Positions 19,926 through 32,879 of a stretch of 64,000 nucleotides of DNA are shown here, piece by piece (the first letter of the stretch is position 1; the number at the start of each line of letters is the position of its first letter). A model generated the notes under the pieces. That model was not told the DNA's origin. It made no database searches and worked only from the letters and a program-made list of their open reading frames with translations. The DNA lies in NCBI RefSeq assembly GCF_009914755.1, contig NC_060933.1; one strand, 5' to 3'. The DNA is from the human T2T-CHM13v2.0 reference genome, Homo sapiens. A program made the position numbers and the translations under genes.

Positions 19926-20794
19926 TGCTTGTTAATTCTTAGCCTATCTGACTCTCGCATAAGTGTAGACCTGGATCCTCTAATACAAGGTACACTCCAT
20001 GAGGTCAGGGTCTGCATGTCTTTTACTACCTTTGTATTCCTTACAACTTATTATAGAGCAGAATTTGACCTGGAGAAGTATGAAAGTGGTCCTGCGGCCT
20101 CAGGTAAGTGGGGAGGACTGTTGCATAGATAATCAGCAGTGGAGAAGAGGTGATCATTTATGCAGAACACATGTAGACTTCAACACCTTTGAGCAAGATC
20201 AAGAAAGGTATGCTAATGCTGTCTTTGACGTTTTACAGTGACTTTGGGATGGGAATAAGGCTAGCAAAGACAGAAGGTTGAAGTTTTACAATTTCAGGTC
20301 TCTAGAGAGGTCACTTTCTTTGACCCCATTAGCATTTGCTTCAAATTCTTTTTTGGAAGTAGAGGTGGTAAAAGAGCAAATATTTTGAGAAAGAAAATTA
20401 AGAGACTGTCACAAGAAGGCATTTCTAAATGTGATTATATACATGTTTCAAGGAATAGAGTTTTGTGGTCAATATACCAGATCAAGCCAAGTTAACTCAT
20501 TGTTGGTGCCATTATTATACTAATGTATATTGTATATTTTCGAGAGGATTTCTATAGTATGTATCACTTCTCAAAATTATTTAATCATGGACCCCTCTTT
20601 GTGCAGAACATTTGTTATCAACTCTTCTGAGGACTGTGATTTAGGGAATGCTGCTCTGTTTTGGGTAAGCTCAATTAATGTCAGTGACCTTTTTACATTG
20701 CTGCTTTTTTTTTTCTAAAAACTTCAGAGATTCCTGTAATCTAAGAGGGAAATGATACACTAAGGAATAATTGCAAAAGGAGCCATATTATCTT

Positions 20795-21107
20795 GGTCGG
20801 GTGCAGTGGCTCATGCCTGTAATCCCAGCACTTTGGGAGGCCGAGGCGGGCAGATCACCTGAGGTCAGGAGCTCGAGACCAGCCCGGCCAACATGGTGAA
20901 ACCTCATCTCTACTAAAAATACAAAAATTAGCTGGGTGTGGTGGCGGGCATCTGTAATCTCAGCTACTTGGGAGGTTGAGGCAGAACAATCTGTTGAACC
21001 TGGGTTGGGGGGTCAGGGCGGTTGCAGTGAGCCGAGATGTCGCCACTGATCTCCAGCCTGGGCGACAGAGCAAGACTCTGTCTCAAAAAAAAAAAAAAAA
21101 AAAAAAA
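20795..21107 (+). mobile_element. AluS (Sx/Sq-like)
   Basis: gatcacctgaggtcaggag; long A tail; 20-bp TSD aaaaggagccatattatctt / aaaagcagccatattgtctt. Confidence 0.92.
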
Positions 21108-21619
21108 AAAAGCAGCCATATTGTCTTAGTTAAATTAAAGTGTTTTTGAAGGTTTTGGTTTTCTCTGAACGTAAATGGAATTTGCAGTAGACCAGATCAT
21201 AAGAAAGCCCTTGAATACCCACATTTACACTAAACCATTAGGACTCACTGCTTTATCAGGCACGCACTAGAAATGCCTCTCAAGATTCGAATAATGGTGT
21301 TTTGCTGTAAAGTTGCTGTATCCAGAGACTGTGGATGAGACAGAGCTGTAGGGGTGACATGTGTCCCCCAGCTCAGCCCACGAGTGGGGAAGGGCCCCTC
21401 ATGCTCTGTGACCCCTTTTGGATTTATGTAATCTGTACTGCCCACACTTTATGAATCCTACCCATTCTTGGAATGAAGCACAACATATTTTACAAGAGAA
21501 AATATTTAGTCTTTTTTTTTGAAAATGTAATGACTGTGTCCTAATTAAACTTCAAGCATTGTTTATAAAAACACCTTAGGAATTCCTAACAAATATACAA
21601 TTTAGAATATCCTTCCAGT

Positions 21620-21845
21620 TACAACTTAATTTTGAGTGCTTACAAAGTGCTAAGCTGTGCTGTAAGCATATAATACACATTATTTCATTTTTTCCCTCAA
21701 AACAACCCAATTAGGTAATTATACTTCTTATCCCTATTTTAAAGATGAGGAAATTAAGGTCCACAGAAATGAAATAACTAAAAACAACTGAACTGTTACT
21801 TAAACCCAGTCATTCTGACTCACAGTTGTTGCTATTAATCACAGT
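21620..21845 (-). mobile_element. MIR
   Basis: ttgagtgcttac...ccctattttaaagatgaggaaattaagg core. Confidence 0.7.
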
Positions 21846-22279
21846 GATCTGCAGTCATAGCAAAAACAAAACAGAACAAAATAAAGCAAAATCCTTTAAT
21901 ACTTTATTCTGTACTATGTTTTAGAGTTACAAACTGGTTGTTCCAGTTTTCCTGGCACAAAGTTTTGAAATAAATGGAATTTGAATAACTTTGAGCAAGA
22001 CCTGGACATACTAGTTCTACACTGGACTTTCTACTCTATTGTTTTATTTGCAATGTGATACAGACAATTAGTTACCTGCTTATCCCCTGTAGGCATTTGA
22101 GTTTTCTATTCTCTCTAGCTCTTTGTGGCTGGTTCAGAAAAGAAGAGTCTGTGACTGTTGGAATGTCATGATGATCACATTCTTGGGAGGCAAGAAAAGT
22201 CCAGGATCTCCTCAATATAACCAGGTGATGTAGCAAAGAGGTCATAGAGCCTCCAGTGGACTGTGTCACTGTAGCTTCT

Positions 22280-22820
22280 ACTCAATGGAGGAATCCTTTC
22301 TAAAGCATTCCTGACATAGACACTTAATGTCTGCTGCAATTGTTTCAATGACAGAGAAATTACTACTTATATATACTTAAGATACATGTTAAACTAGGAC
22401 AACCTGCATCCCTCACCTAAAACTTTCTTCGAATGCTTCTGCCCATGGAGGAACATAGAACAGATTTTTGTTAGAATGTCCCTTTTATTGGAAAGGCCTC
22501 TGAACATATTGACTCCATCAAAGGTTTTTCCATTTATAATCATTTCTATATCCCCTCCTTGGTTTCATCCCATTCCCATGGGTAATCAATAGTGTCACCA
22601 TGTGATACACAGAATTTGAATAGGGCACTCAGCATGTGTCCAGGTCAGTGCAGGTTGCCTTGGGACCTATATTCATCACCTGGTCACTGTGTTTCTCATG
22701 ATACAGAACCAAATTGCCTTGGCTTGGCTTTTTCCCTCAACTGGTTCACTTAAATGTATGGCCAACCAATGGCTAAGATCTGTTTCACACAAGGTCACGC
22801 CAAGCCAAGTCTCTTGATTC
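22280..22820 (-). mobile_element. L3/CR1-like fragment
   Basis: aatcctttctaaagcattcctgaca...aatgacagagaaattactac resembles antisense CR1/L3. Confidence 0.45.
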
Positions 22821-22959
22821 GAGAAAGTTGTTTTAACTTTATCATAATTAGTTTAGAAATGGATGTGTTGACTGAACTCTATACACCAAGTTTTTTGTGA
22901 AATGCAACAATATACACTTTGTATAGTCAAGTGACAACTGTGTTATTAGTTATTTTATT

Positions 22960-23830
22960 AGTAAGTATTTATTAAGAAATTTTAAATAAACATAGTTCTG
23001 GTTTTCAGGAAATGTAACATCTGGTTGAGAGGCAAAGGGACCAAGATTCAGGAAGCAGTTAGTGAAGACTATGAGGAACTGGGAAATTGTGTTGAGTAGA
23101 CCAAAAGTGCTGATTGGAGAAAATTTAGGACAGTTTTATTGGGAGAAATAAAAGAAGGTTTCATGGAGGCAGTGAAATCAACCTCATGGTTGAACAGTGG
23201 TTTGGATTGGGATGCTGTAGGTTGTTGGGGTGGGTTTTGTTGGTGAGAGGATTGGTGTGAGTAAAAGTACAGAGGAGAGAATGCCCTCTGCCCTGAGCAT
23301 GGTGTAGGTGGTTTTATCTGGTAGGGCAGAGGGCATCTTTGAGGAATAGTGAAGGGTAGGGTGGGTCCAGTTATAGGGGGCCCTGATACTCAGACCAAGG
23401 AATATAGTCAGGAGATTGTAGGCCTAGGGCAAGATATGAATTGACAGAAGCGTTGTTGAAGAAGTCTGGTCTGGAAATGATATTCAGGAGAGAGCAGAGG
23501 AGCTGGGGGCTGGATACAGGGAGCCCAGCTCCAAGGCAGCTGGAATAAGGAAATCTTGATTGCTAGCTTCAAAGAACCATTTTGAAGGAGAAAAGATAGG
23601 ATTTATTTGACTGCATGGAAGTGAGGAAGAAGGGTTAGATAAATATGGTTATGTAGTTTCACACCTGGTTGACGTGCGTAATGGCTCCATGTCAGAGATG
23701 AAGAAGGAAATGGTTTTGATGAAAGAGGCTGATTTTGCTTTGGGCCATATCAAGTGGTGGTGTGGGTATGGGGTAGCATTCAAATGACATGGTCCAGTAA
23801 ACCCTGTGAAGATAGGACCTGAGTCAACTG
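22960..23830 (-). mobile_element. LINE-2 fragment
   Basis: aagtatttattaag, gaaggtttcatggaggcagtga, G-rich L2-antisense composition. Confidence 0.55.
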
Positions 23831-23914
23831 CCCATGAGAAAGAAGAGTGTCAACATGGGAATAACTTTTGAATGTGCTTATCTTCTGTTCTGTCTGTGAG
23901 TGAGCAGGTAGGTG

Positions 23915-24190
23915 TATGCCTGGTGCAGAGGTTAAGAGCAGGTGCTTCCGAGTCAGCCAGACCTGGGTTTGAATTCCAGCTCTGTCACTTACTAGCTGTG
24001 TGACCTGGACCATCAATGTAACCTCTCTGAGCCTCAGGATAGTCACCTGTAATATGAGGAATAATACACTAGCTTCACAAAGATATTAGGGGGGTTACAT
24101 AAAATTGCATACAATTTCATTTACAAAGAAGTGTACAATAGTACATAGCACTCTACACGTGATAGATGCAGTAACTATTATTGTTATCAT
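23915..24190 (+). mobile_element. MIR
   Basis: gacctgggtttgaattccagctctgtcacttactagctgtgtgac...ctctgagcctcag core. Confidence 0.85.
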
Positions 24191-27100
24191 TGATGTCTGG
24201 CTGCCTGTAGTGACTGCAGTCTACAAACCCATTAGTGGGCTTGGGACTCTCAGGTGACCGTCTTGGGGACTAAGGTTGTTCTGAGTGTGAGGGTCTTGCT
24301 GATCAACTTTTCATCACTCTGAAGCTGCTGAGCACAGATAAAAGCATTCACTGCTTCTTACGAGCCTGACTGGAGAAAGATATCATTTCACCAGGGTCAC
24401 AGAGTGTTTTCTTTAAGCAGCTTCCAGAGTCCCCAGACCCTGCCTACCTCCCTGACCACCATGAAAGGTCTAGCTTTGTATAGCTGCCCCTACACAGGTA
24501 CAGTCCTTTCCAAGTTCTTATCAGCTGTCCCCTCCCCCACCAACTGCCTCTGAGCTTTGACAAGGTTGAGTTCAGAATAACCATGGGCAGTGGCCAAAGC
24601 TCACAGCACTAGGACATTCTGCAAACACTCCAGGTCCTGCACAGACACGGACTTTAAATAGCCCTCCTGTGCCAAGGGCTCAGGATGCATTTCAGGAGCT
24701 TATAGGTCACTTGGCACTGATTGCAAGACCACAATGGAAATAACAGCCCCGTGATTTCGTGTGCTGCTATGTCAGCAAATGCTGCATATGAATAAGCCAG
24801 GGTTGGAGAGCCTGTGTGTGGTAACATAAGTGAGGGCAGCCAAGCCTGTCCCAAGGCAGCAGACTCTGGGAGACCTGAACGGGGACTCTTGGCAGCTTTT
24901 GGAGGAGCCAGACTGTTAATACTTAGCCCAGGGCTTGGGAAGCTGTTTGCACTTAGAGTGATTATTTTTTTCATGGTGAAGTAAGAGGTGTCAAGTATGA
25001 TAGCAGAACACCCCAGGACTATGAGAAAGGCTCCCCTCATATGTCAACTTTCATGCCAACTTCTTGGGGAATGACATTGATTGGTCTATCTCCTACCCAG
25101 CCTCAGTCTATGTGAGATGCTCTTCAACTGAAGGGCAGAGCCACTGTGTTCTGCTCTTTGGACAAATGATCCAGGCCAGAAAAGGACTGGGCTCTGTGCT
25201 GGCACTCACCAAATCCTCACGGCTCTGATCCCCCTAGCATTTCCATTTGGCACTGAATAGGTGCAGTAGTTCCTTTACATATTTAGGTTTGATCGTGGGT
25301 ACTGTTTTGAAAGACAGATTTGCATAGTTAAGCATTTTATAAAATATTTTCCCAAAAGCATTTATCAAAGGGAAGTGTGCAAGTCCAAAGGTGGACGGAA
25401 GCTGGGGGAGGGTGTGGGAGAGGTGGGGAGAAGAGGTGAGAACCGGGGACCAGAACATATACTTTTCAGCTGCCCTGGCTGGCCTTGGAGCAGCCCTGCT
25501 CCTGTGGGAGGGGAAGCTCTGCAGGTTGCAGTGTGGATCAGAGAGATTTATGCCCTGCACAGCGAATACATATCCATGACTCTCCACGGCACAATTTTGA
25601 AAGGGTGATTATGGGTCTGACGTGAAGGAATATTTTATATGAAATTGCTGAAAGATCTCTGGGCACTAAGCAAGAATCACCTCAACGCTTTAGAAAGTGT
25701 TCCAGTTTGTTTCCCATCGGCTTCTTGGCAGTAGGGATTTGCATGCCGTTTAGCATCCAATCTTGGGCATCCTGCATGCCACCATGCTGAGCGTGGGGCT
25801 CCCCTTGAAGAAAAATGCATGGCAGTCTGGGGATAAGTCTCAGTAGCTTTAAAAACGTGCAGAGTCTTGGAAGCTGTAATTTCACTTCTTGTAATATTTC
25901 AAAGGAAAAAATCAGAAAAAGCATGTTCCATGAAAAGACGCATGTTCAAAGATGTTTATCATAGTGTGATATTTTCGTATGTGTCTTTCCAGAATGTAAT
26001 GCCATGCAAATGTGAGCGTATATACATTTGAACAAAGAAAAGTTGGAAACAACTTAAATGTGCCAAAATAGGGGATTTGAAGTTTTAAAAAGTAATACAG
26101 AATATTACATACTACTAAGTCAGAAAAATAAGTTTTAGAATGTTATATATATGTATAAAATGGCTATTATTCTATTTGCAGTAAATGGATGTATACACTC
26201 ATTTGTATGGAAATAAATTCTTGAAGGATATCTAAAAACATGCAAAGATGGTCATCTCTGGGTGGTGAAAATTTGGTGACTTTGCTTTTTAAAACATGAG
26301 GCTGCCTGGATTTGCTGTGATAAACAGAGATTACTTGTGTTGCAAAGGGGCAGGGTGCTGCCCTTGTCTTCTTTGGTCCTTTGCCCATCTGGGCTTCTGC
26401 CCTGAACTCCAAGCTTTGCTTATACAACCTTCATAGAGAGTCAAGCAGAACCAGTTCTGTTGTTGTCCCTTGGTGTCCAGCACACAGACTTTTGCATTGA
26501 ATGGAGCTACTGTACATAGACATAGGCTGCAAAGAAGATGACAGGCAGCTTTTCTGAAATTGTGGTTGACGCCAAGGAAAGGAGCCATTGCTTAATTGAT
26601 ATCTTTTGTCATTTGAACTTATACAACCATATGAGACTTGTGGGGAGAACATGGACCACTTCTTCATTGCTGCAAATGGCTGTATGTCTGGCCTTCAGCC
26701 AAGTGTCTGTGTACTAGGAGGCTGCTTTCTTTTCTGTTGTTCTCTTGCTTTTCTCATTAAAATTGTATTACTCATTGAATAATACATGAAACTACCATCA
26801 TGAGTCTTTGCCTCTGAATCTGAGTCAAAGAATGAGAAGCCTGTTGGAATCTGGCATTTGTGCTTTGTAGTTTGTTATCCTACTCAACAGATTGGTCTGA
26901 AATTTTTGGTGTAAAGATTCAGATATTGAACTGTCTCATTATTGCAATATAGTAGCTATCAGAAAACCCATCCTGATTTCTTCCTGTATTCTCTCTTAAG
27001 GTGAGGTGGGAAGGGCTTGGTTTTTGATATACCTGGGTTTCAAAGTGGCCTTAATTTTTAGTGGTATTTTCACATTCTACACTACTACTCTTACTATTAG

Positions 27101-28566
27101 AGAAATGCAGTTTGAGCAGAAGGAAATGCTCTAAAACAATTCCCAAAGCAAAAAGAAACTCCCCTCAGTTAAATTGTTTTTTTTCTTCTTATCATATGCT
27201 ATGCTGGGGACAAATCAATTTAGCTATTTTTAAGCAAAGAACCCAGTGTTCGTCTTGTACAAAGGAAAAATGGTATCTCAAGTACCAGATCTGTTTCTGT
27301 GCCACTAGGCAATGAAGTGATGAGTGTCTACAATATTTACATTAAAATTAAAATGGCAGTTTCTTTTGGTATTGCTGGCATTGCATGGGTGAAATGTGTT
27401 TCTAGAAGCAGCTATTTGGGAAATCTTTAAATTTTGCAGTTTAAGGAATACACTGAAGATCCCAGGAAAGTTATGTACGGGGAATAACATTTGCTAGGGA
27501 CTGATAAAGGCTATGTGTTTGAATCCGTATTTCACTGCGGAGCTAAATTTGCTCTCGGCATTCTGATGCTAATGTCCACCATGGACTGACATAGTCACGT
27601 AGAGCAAAATGATATTTTTATACTTTTTCCAGAGCTAATAGTTAATTTTTCTTAGTCTGTTTTTTTAAAAGATGAATCTTCTTTGCCTCTTAGAGTAAAT
27701 AATAAAAAAGGGCTTAATCAGAAATCAAGTATTTTAGCTTTACTTAATCTAGAGAATATTTAAAATTACTGGATAGAGTCTTGGGCTTAGAAAGAGACCA
27801 TTTAGGTGAGTCTTGTAATTCTACAGATGAGAAGACAGAGATCAGAAGAATTAAGTGACTAGTCAAGGTCCCACAGAGAGTTGCAGGTCAGGGCCTGGAG
27901 CTCTAATCCCCTGCTTTTTCACTACCAGATCGTGCCATGTGAGAAGAGCTTTCCATTCAGTTGGTTATCATCTCTTCCTTTTTCCTCATCCACACCCAAG
28001 TTCAGCTGTTTTCCGATGAGAAATGATTTAGGAAGTGAATGTTCCCACCTGAAACCAACAGAAAGTACAGGAAGAGCCTTGCTTTCTGTTTTGAGATGGT
28101 TCTGCAACCATGAACCTATATGACCATGTCCTGCATTAGCCTCATGTCCGTGTTGAATCCTGAATGATGACAAAGTGGTAACTCACTACACAGGGTCCAG
28201 GAAAGCATTTGTTGCACTCCAAATCCTTTGGAAATTCCCAACTGAAAAACAACAAGGGCTACAGAAAAGGGACTCATCTACCCATGAAGAGTTAGCAGGT
28301 GAATCAGTGACACCAGAAGTTGTTGATTGATATAGACCATCTTTGGGCAAACAGAAGTAAACTTCACAAGAGTCTTAGATTCTATGTTTTTTACCATGTC
28401 TTGGAGTAGATTTCAAGTTAAACTCCATAGGTGATCATGTGACATTACTGAATAGATAAAAACGCATACAAAATATTAATGTATAGAAAAAAGAGACTTT
28501 TAATTTTACCTGCCATAAATTATGCTTCTTTTTCTACCGTGAACTAATGTCTACATTCTATTTCTT

Positions 28567-28866
28567 TACTTTTTTTTTTTTTTTGAGAAAAGTTCTTGCT
28601 CTGTTGCCCAGGCTGGAGTACAGTGGTGCAATCACTGCTTACTGTAGCCTCAACCTGCTGGGCTCAAGTAATCTTCCCAGCTCAGCTTCCTGAGTAGCTA
28701 GGATTACAGGTGTGCACCACCATGCCCAGCTAATTTTTAAATTTTCTGTAGAGATGGGGTCTTGCTATGTTTCCTAGGCTGGTCTTGAATTTCTGGGCTC
28801 AAGCAGTCCTCCTGCCTCTGCCTCCCAAAATGCTGAGATTATGGGCATGTGCCACCATGCCCAGCC
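28567..28866 (-). mobile_element. AluJ flanked by a ~100-bp direct repeat
   Basis: AluJ diagnostics (ctgggctcaag twice, cttgctatgtt); flanks 28470-28566 and 28869-28971 are homologous. Confidence 0.92.
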
Positions 28867-29559
28867 AGAAAATGTTAATATATAGAAAAAAATAGACTTC
28901 TTTTTATTTTTTTCCTGCTATGAATTGTACTTCTTTTTCTATTATGAATTAACATCTACATTCTATTTCTTACTGGTCTGTTGTCAAAAGTTCTGTTCCT
29001 CCCCACCCCCCATTCATTCTGGCGTAGAGTTTTTGAATGGTAATAATGGCAGATATCATGCTCTTGCCTTGGACTAGTGGCCCATAGGCCAAATATTTCT
29101 CAGCCTAACACTTATCTCAGGGTGACTCGGCTTTTCCACACTCTATTGTTTGGAAAACCTACATAGGAAAATGAAAATACTTTACACTTAGGTAAAAGGT
29201 ACACTTAACATACCATTTGGTTCAATTCTCAACTTTTATTCTAGTTATGTTTCAACATTTGAAAACTGAGAATCAGAGAGGTGATATGATTTTACCCAGG
29301 GCACACAGCTTGCAGTTAGAGCTGGGACTTAATACCAGGACTTGGGCTCCATGTTACATGGTCTTGTAATCTTGCTGGAGTTGATGTTCAGGCCTTGTGA
29401 TGGAGAAAGGCGCTGTTTTCCAAGAGTTTAAATTAGACATTGCTGTTCAGTTTCTAGATTGTTCATAGATTAAAAAAAACCTCAGCCACTTATTAGCTAA
29501 ATCAGCTGTCATGATAAAGTTCAGTAGTCACCTTATCCCTTTGTGCCACATTGTCTTGG

Positions 29560-29990
29560 GAGCAGAGCATGGGCTCTGAGTCTGAAAGACTTGGTTTAAA
29601 TTCCCAGCGGTGGGGACTACTAGAGGCAGTAGAGAGGGAGGAGGGTAGGGGTTGAAAAACTAACAGCTGGGTACTGTACTCGTTCCCTGGGCTATGGGAT
29701 CATTCGTAATCCAAACATCAGTGTCACGAAATATACCCAAGTAACAAACCGGCACATGTACCCCCTAAATCTAAAATAAAAGGTGAGATTACAACAACGA
29801 CAGCAGAAAATTTCCAGCTGTGCCACTGACTAGGTACGTGTGGCATTAGGCAAATTACTTAAGATCTGTGAGCCTCAGTTTCGTGAAAAAGGAGGAAAAC
29901 ATCTACTTTAAAAGTTGTCGTGAGACAACATGAGACAATACATATAAAACACGCAGCATAGAACTTACCTAAGTAAGTATTAGCTCCTGC
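29560..29990 (+). mobile_element. MIR interrupted by an L1PB-type 3' end (29609-29807)
   Basis: The two MIR halves join. Insert has gttgaaaaactaac...gtaacaaaccggcacatgtaccccctaaatctaaaataaaa; TSD aaattcccagc / aaatttccagc. Confidence 0.8.
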
Positions 29991-31094
29991 TGTTACTGTT
30001 ATTGACAATTCTAAGGGTGAGACAATTAAATACATTATGTGAAAGGCTGTCAGACAATTTTAAAACAGTGGAATCATCAGTTTTTCAACCATCTATATCA
30101 CTGGGTGATTTTGTTAATTTGAGGGCTAATTCATAGTACCTAATAGAGCAGCTTATTAAGAAACACAAAAGGCATTGGGCATGATCTAACTTCTAGCTGG
30201 AGTAGAGATAGCACTTCATTACATTTTCCCAAGGATACTGTGGGACGGGTGCTACAGTGCACATTTTACAGAGGAGGACACTGAAGCTTTTAAAAGTTAA
30301 CTGCCACATAACATGTAAGTTAGCAAAGTAAGGATTTGAGCACATATTGATTTGAATTTGATAATATGTCAAGTATCTGTCATGCCATCTGTATGAATAT
30401 CTTTGTGGTGTGACAAAAGAAAAGCCCCAATCACCTTCCTTGATGTTTAGATGATTTAACATGTGAGTGTGAGTGTCAAACAATCATGAAGTAGATTCAT
30501 CTGTTTAATAGAGTGGTTGTACCACTGAGTCGTGTAAAGACAGACTTTTTTTTTTATTACTAGGAATCCTTTAAATTGAATTGACAGTGTTGAAGATTTG
30601 GAAGTCTTTGTTTATTTACTTATATAGCTTCCCCAAGTAAGATGCAAATTAAATGCAGGCGATTGAGTTATAGAAAAAAATTCGTAATCACAATCTCATT
30701 TTTGGTTCTGATGTTTTACAATGAATGGAACAGAATGTGGGAGAAATAATTGACACCCAGGAAATTTATTCTAAATTAAAATTTGGGCCATATTAGCATT
30801 GAAAAGACTGTAGTGAGAAGTTCTACTTCCTGATTTAGTGGTGACCTCTCCCTAATACTCATTTCACAAATGACTTTCTCACTCCCATCCCTAAAGTTTA
30901 CATATGTTTTATCCAGCAATAGCACTATGTACAAATCCTGACTTTTCTTAAAAACATTTTGAACATGAGATTCTCTGTCTTGGGAGATGGATTTTTTGAA
31001 TTCATTTGCTCTGCATCCTGGCATTCTGGTTACATTGTGAGAAGCAGCTGTATTCTATGTTAGCGTGATTTGAAAATTTTCTTTGTAAAGGACC

Positions 31095-31345
31095 AGTCAC
31101 AGAGAAGAGGACAGAAAAGAGGAAGGACAAGAGGAGGGAGATAAAGAATGAGGCCTAGCGAAAGAGAGGCAGAGGAGAGATGGAGCAACAGAAACATGGG
31201 GAAGGAGAAAGAGATGGAGAGAGGTGTATAATAAGAGACAGAGATGGGATGATGGAAACAGATATAGACAGATACGGATAATGAGAGCAAGAAAGCAGGT
31301 GTGATGGGGATCAGAGATACAGAAGGAAAGAAACCAAGAAGGCAG
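31095..31345. repeat. GA-rich low-complexity tract
   Basis: Purine-rich degenerate (GA)n-like sequence. Confidence 0.7.
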
Positions 31346-32879
31346 AGTCCCAACTCCTCCTGGGCCCAGCAGGGAGCTGGCAAGAAAGCATCTGAAGCCA
31401 GAGGGACATATTATCTAGAACCAGGAGTTGAACCTAATTGTAAGCAGACCCTGCCCACCACCTTCAGATGAGTGATGGACTCCTGGCATGTGACCTGGCT
31501 TGGCAATCTCCACCCCCTATCCGGGCTGCCATAAGGAGATACGTAATGTCTGGAGTGATGGGAAAGTCATGCTTGCAGATGGTACAGATGGAGCTACCTC
31601 ATAAAATGACTCACTGTGAATCCTCACTGAAATCTCCGCTATAAAAATGATAATGGAAAAAGCACAAGAAAGCCTAAATGGGCTTGAAAGAAATTTGTTC
31701 CAACCTGTGTATCTCCCTTCAAATTTTGAAAAAGACCCTATTAGAAAGTGCCAGGAAGATAATGTATCTTCTTCCCTCCTGGCTAGAGCCCTCCCCCACC
31801 CCCACATCTTTTTGGACATCAGCATGTGAGTGAAAATGACAAGGGAAAAGAGGAAAGGTATTGGAGGAAGACGCACAAATTATTTATGCAGCACGAGGGC
31901 TGATGTTCTGGAGAGGGAGGGCTGGGAGGCTCTTTTGGAAGAAAGGGAGTGGTATCTTGGGGAGACAGGAGGCAGGCTGTCAGGGAGTGGGAGAAATTGT
32001 ATTTTGCCTGGTGTCTGGGGTAGGATGTTGCCAGAGTGGAGGGGGCCTCCCTGAGAGTGAGGTCAGACACTGGATGAGGGAGGCAAATAGCAGCATGAGT
32101 CATGCAGACCTCTGTAGCAAGATGAGGAAGGTTTTAAGTCCAAAGAGCCTAGAATTCTAAAAGTAATGATTATCAGCTCTTTCAAAGTCACCCAAGACCA
32201 TGACACATCTACATATGATCCCAAATATAGCTGAGTTTTGTGGATACAGAATCTGATGGAATTTTAGGATATAATCCAATGGAAAGTCTTATGGTTCCCA
32301 TCTCCTTATCCCCTCTGAAGGTGCTGGGACTGCTCCAGCTATACTGGCTGGTATAGAGTACAGGATGGAGGGGAGGATACAGTAGCACCCCAGCCCCTGA
32401 ACAGCACTTGGAAACTGGTAGTCAGGGTATAGCTGGTCTTCAATACATGAAGAAGAGCCAGAATGGGATACATCTACTGTATTGATGGTGAGTGCAAGGT
32501 GGGTTACAACCAGGCTGTGCATGAATAGTGTGCATTGGGATATTTGCAAACCAGAAATGATCCAGGTAAACAGTGAAGTCATAGTCATAGCTGAGTATCT
32601 TGCTAGTGTAGTTGAAGTGTGCAGAGATCTCAATGCAGCATCCTGGACAGAGTAGAGTCCAATGCTTAGGGGGTATAGCATGGCTGGCACACTTGGTGGG
32701 ATGCAGAAAGGCTCAAAATGTCCTGTCCATGGGGCAGAGTAGGCTTCGGTAGGGGGTGAAGAATCAGGCATGTGGAATGGGGTAGTGGACATGGTGGTAG
32801 ATATGAACGACGGAGAAACTTTCAAGAAACAGAATGCAGTTCAGATCATTCACAAGATAGTGATGAAGGGAAAGCTGAG

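Noticed and set aside
32289-32825. 178-aa minus-strand ORF, the longest outside L1
   Set aside because: TTG start, no recognisable domain, and roughly one ORF this long is expected by chance in this much DNA
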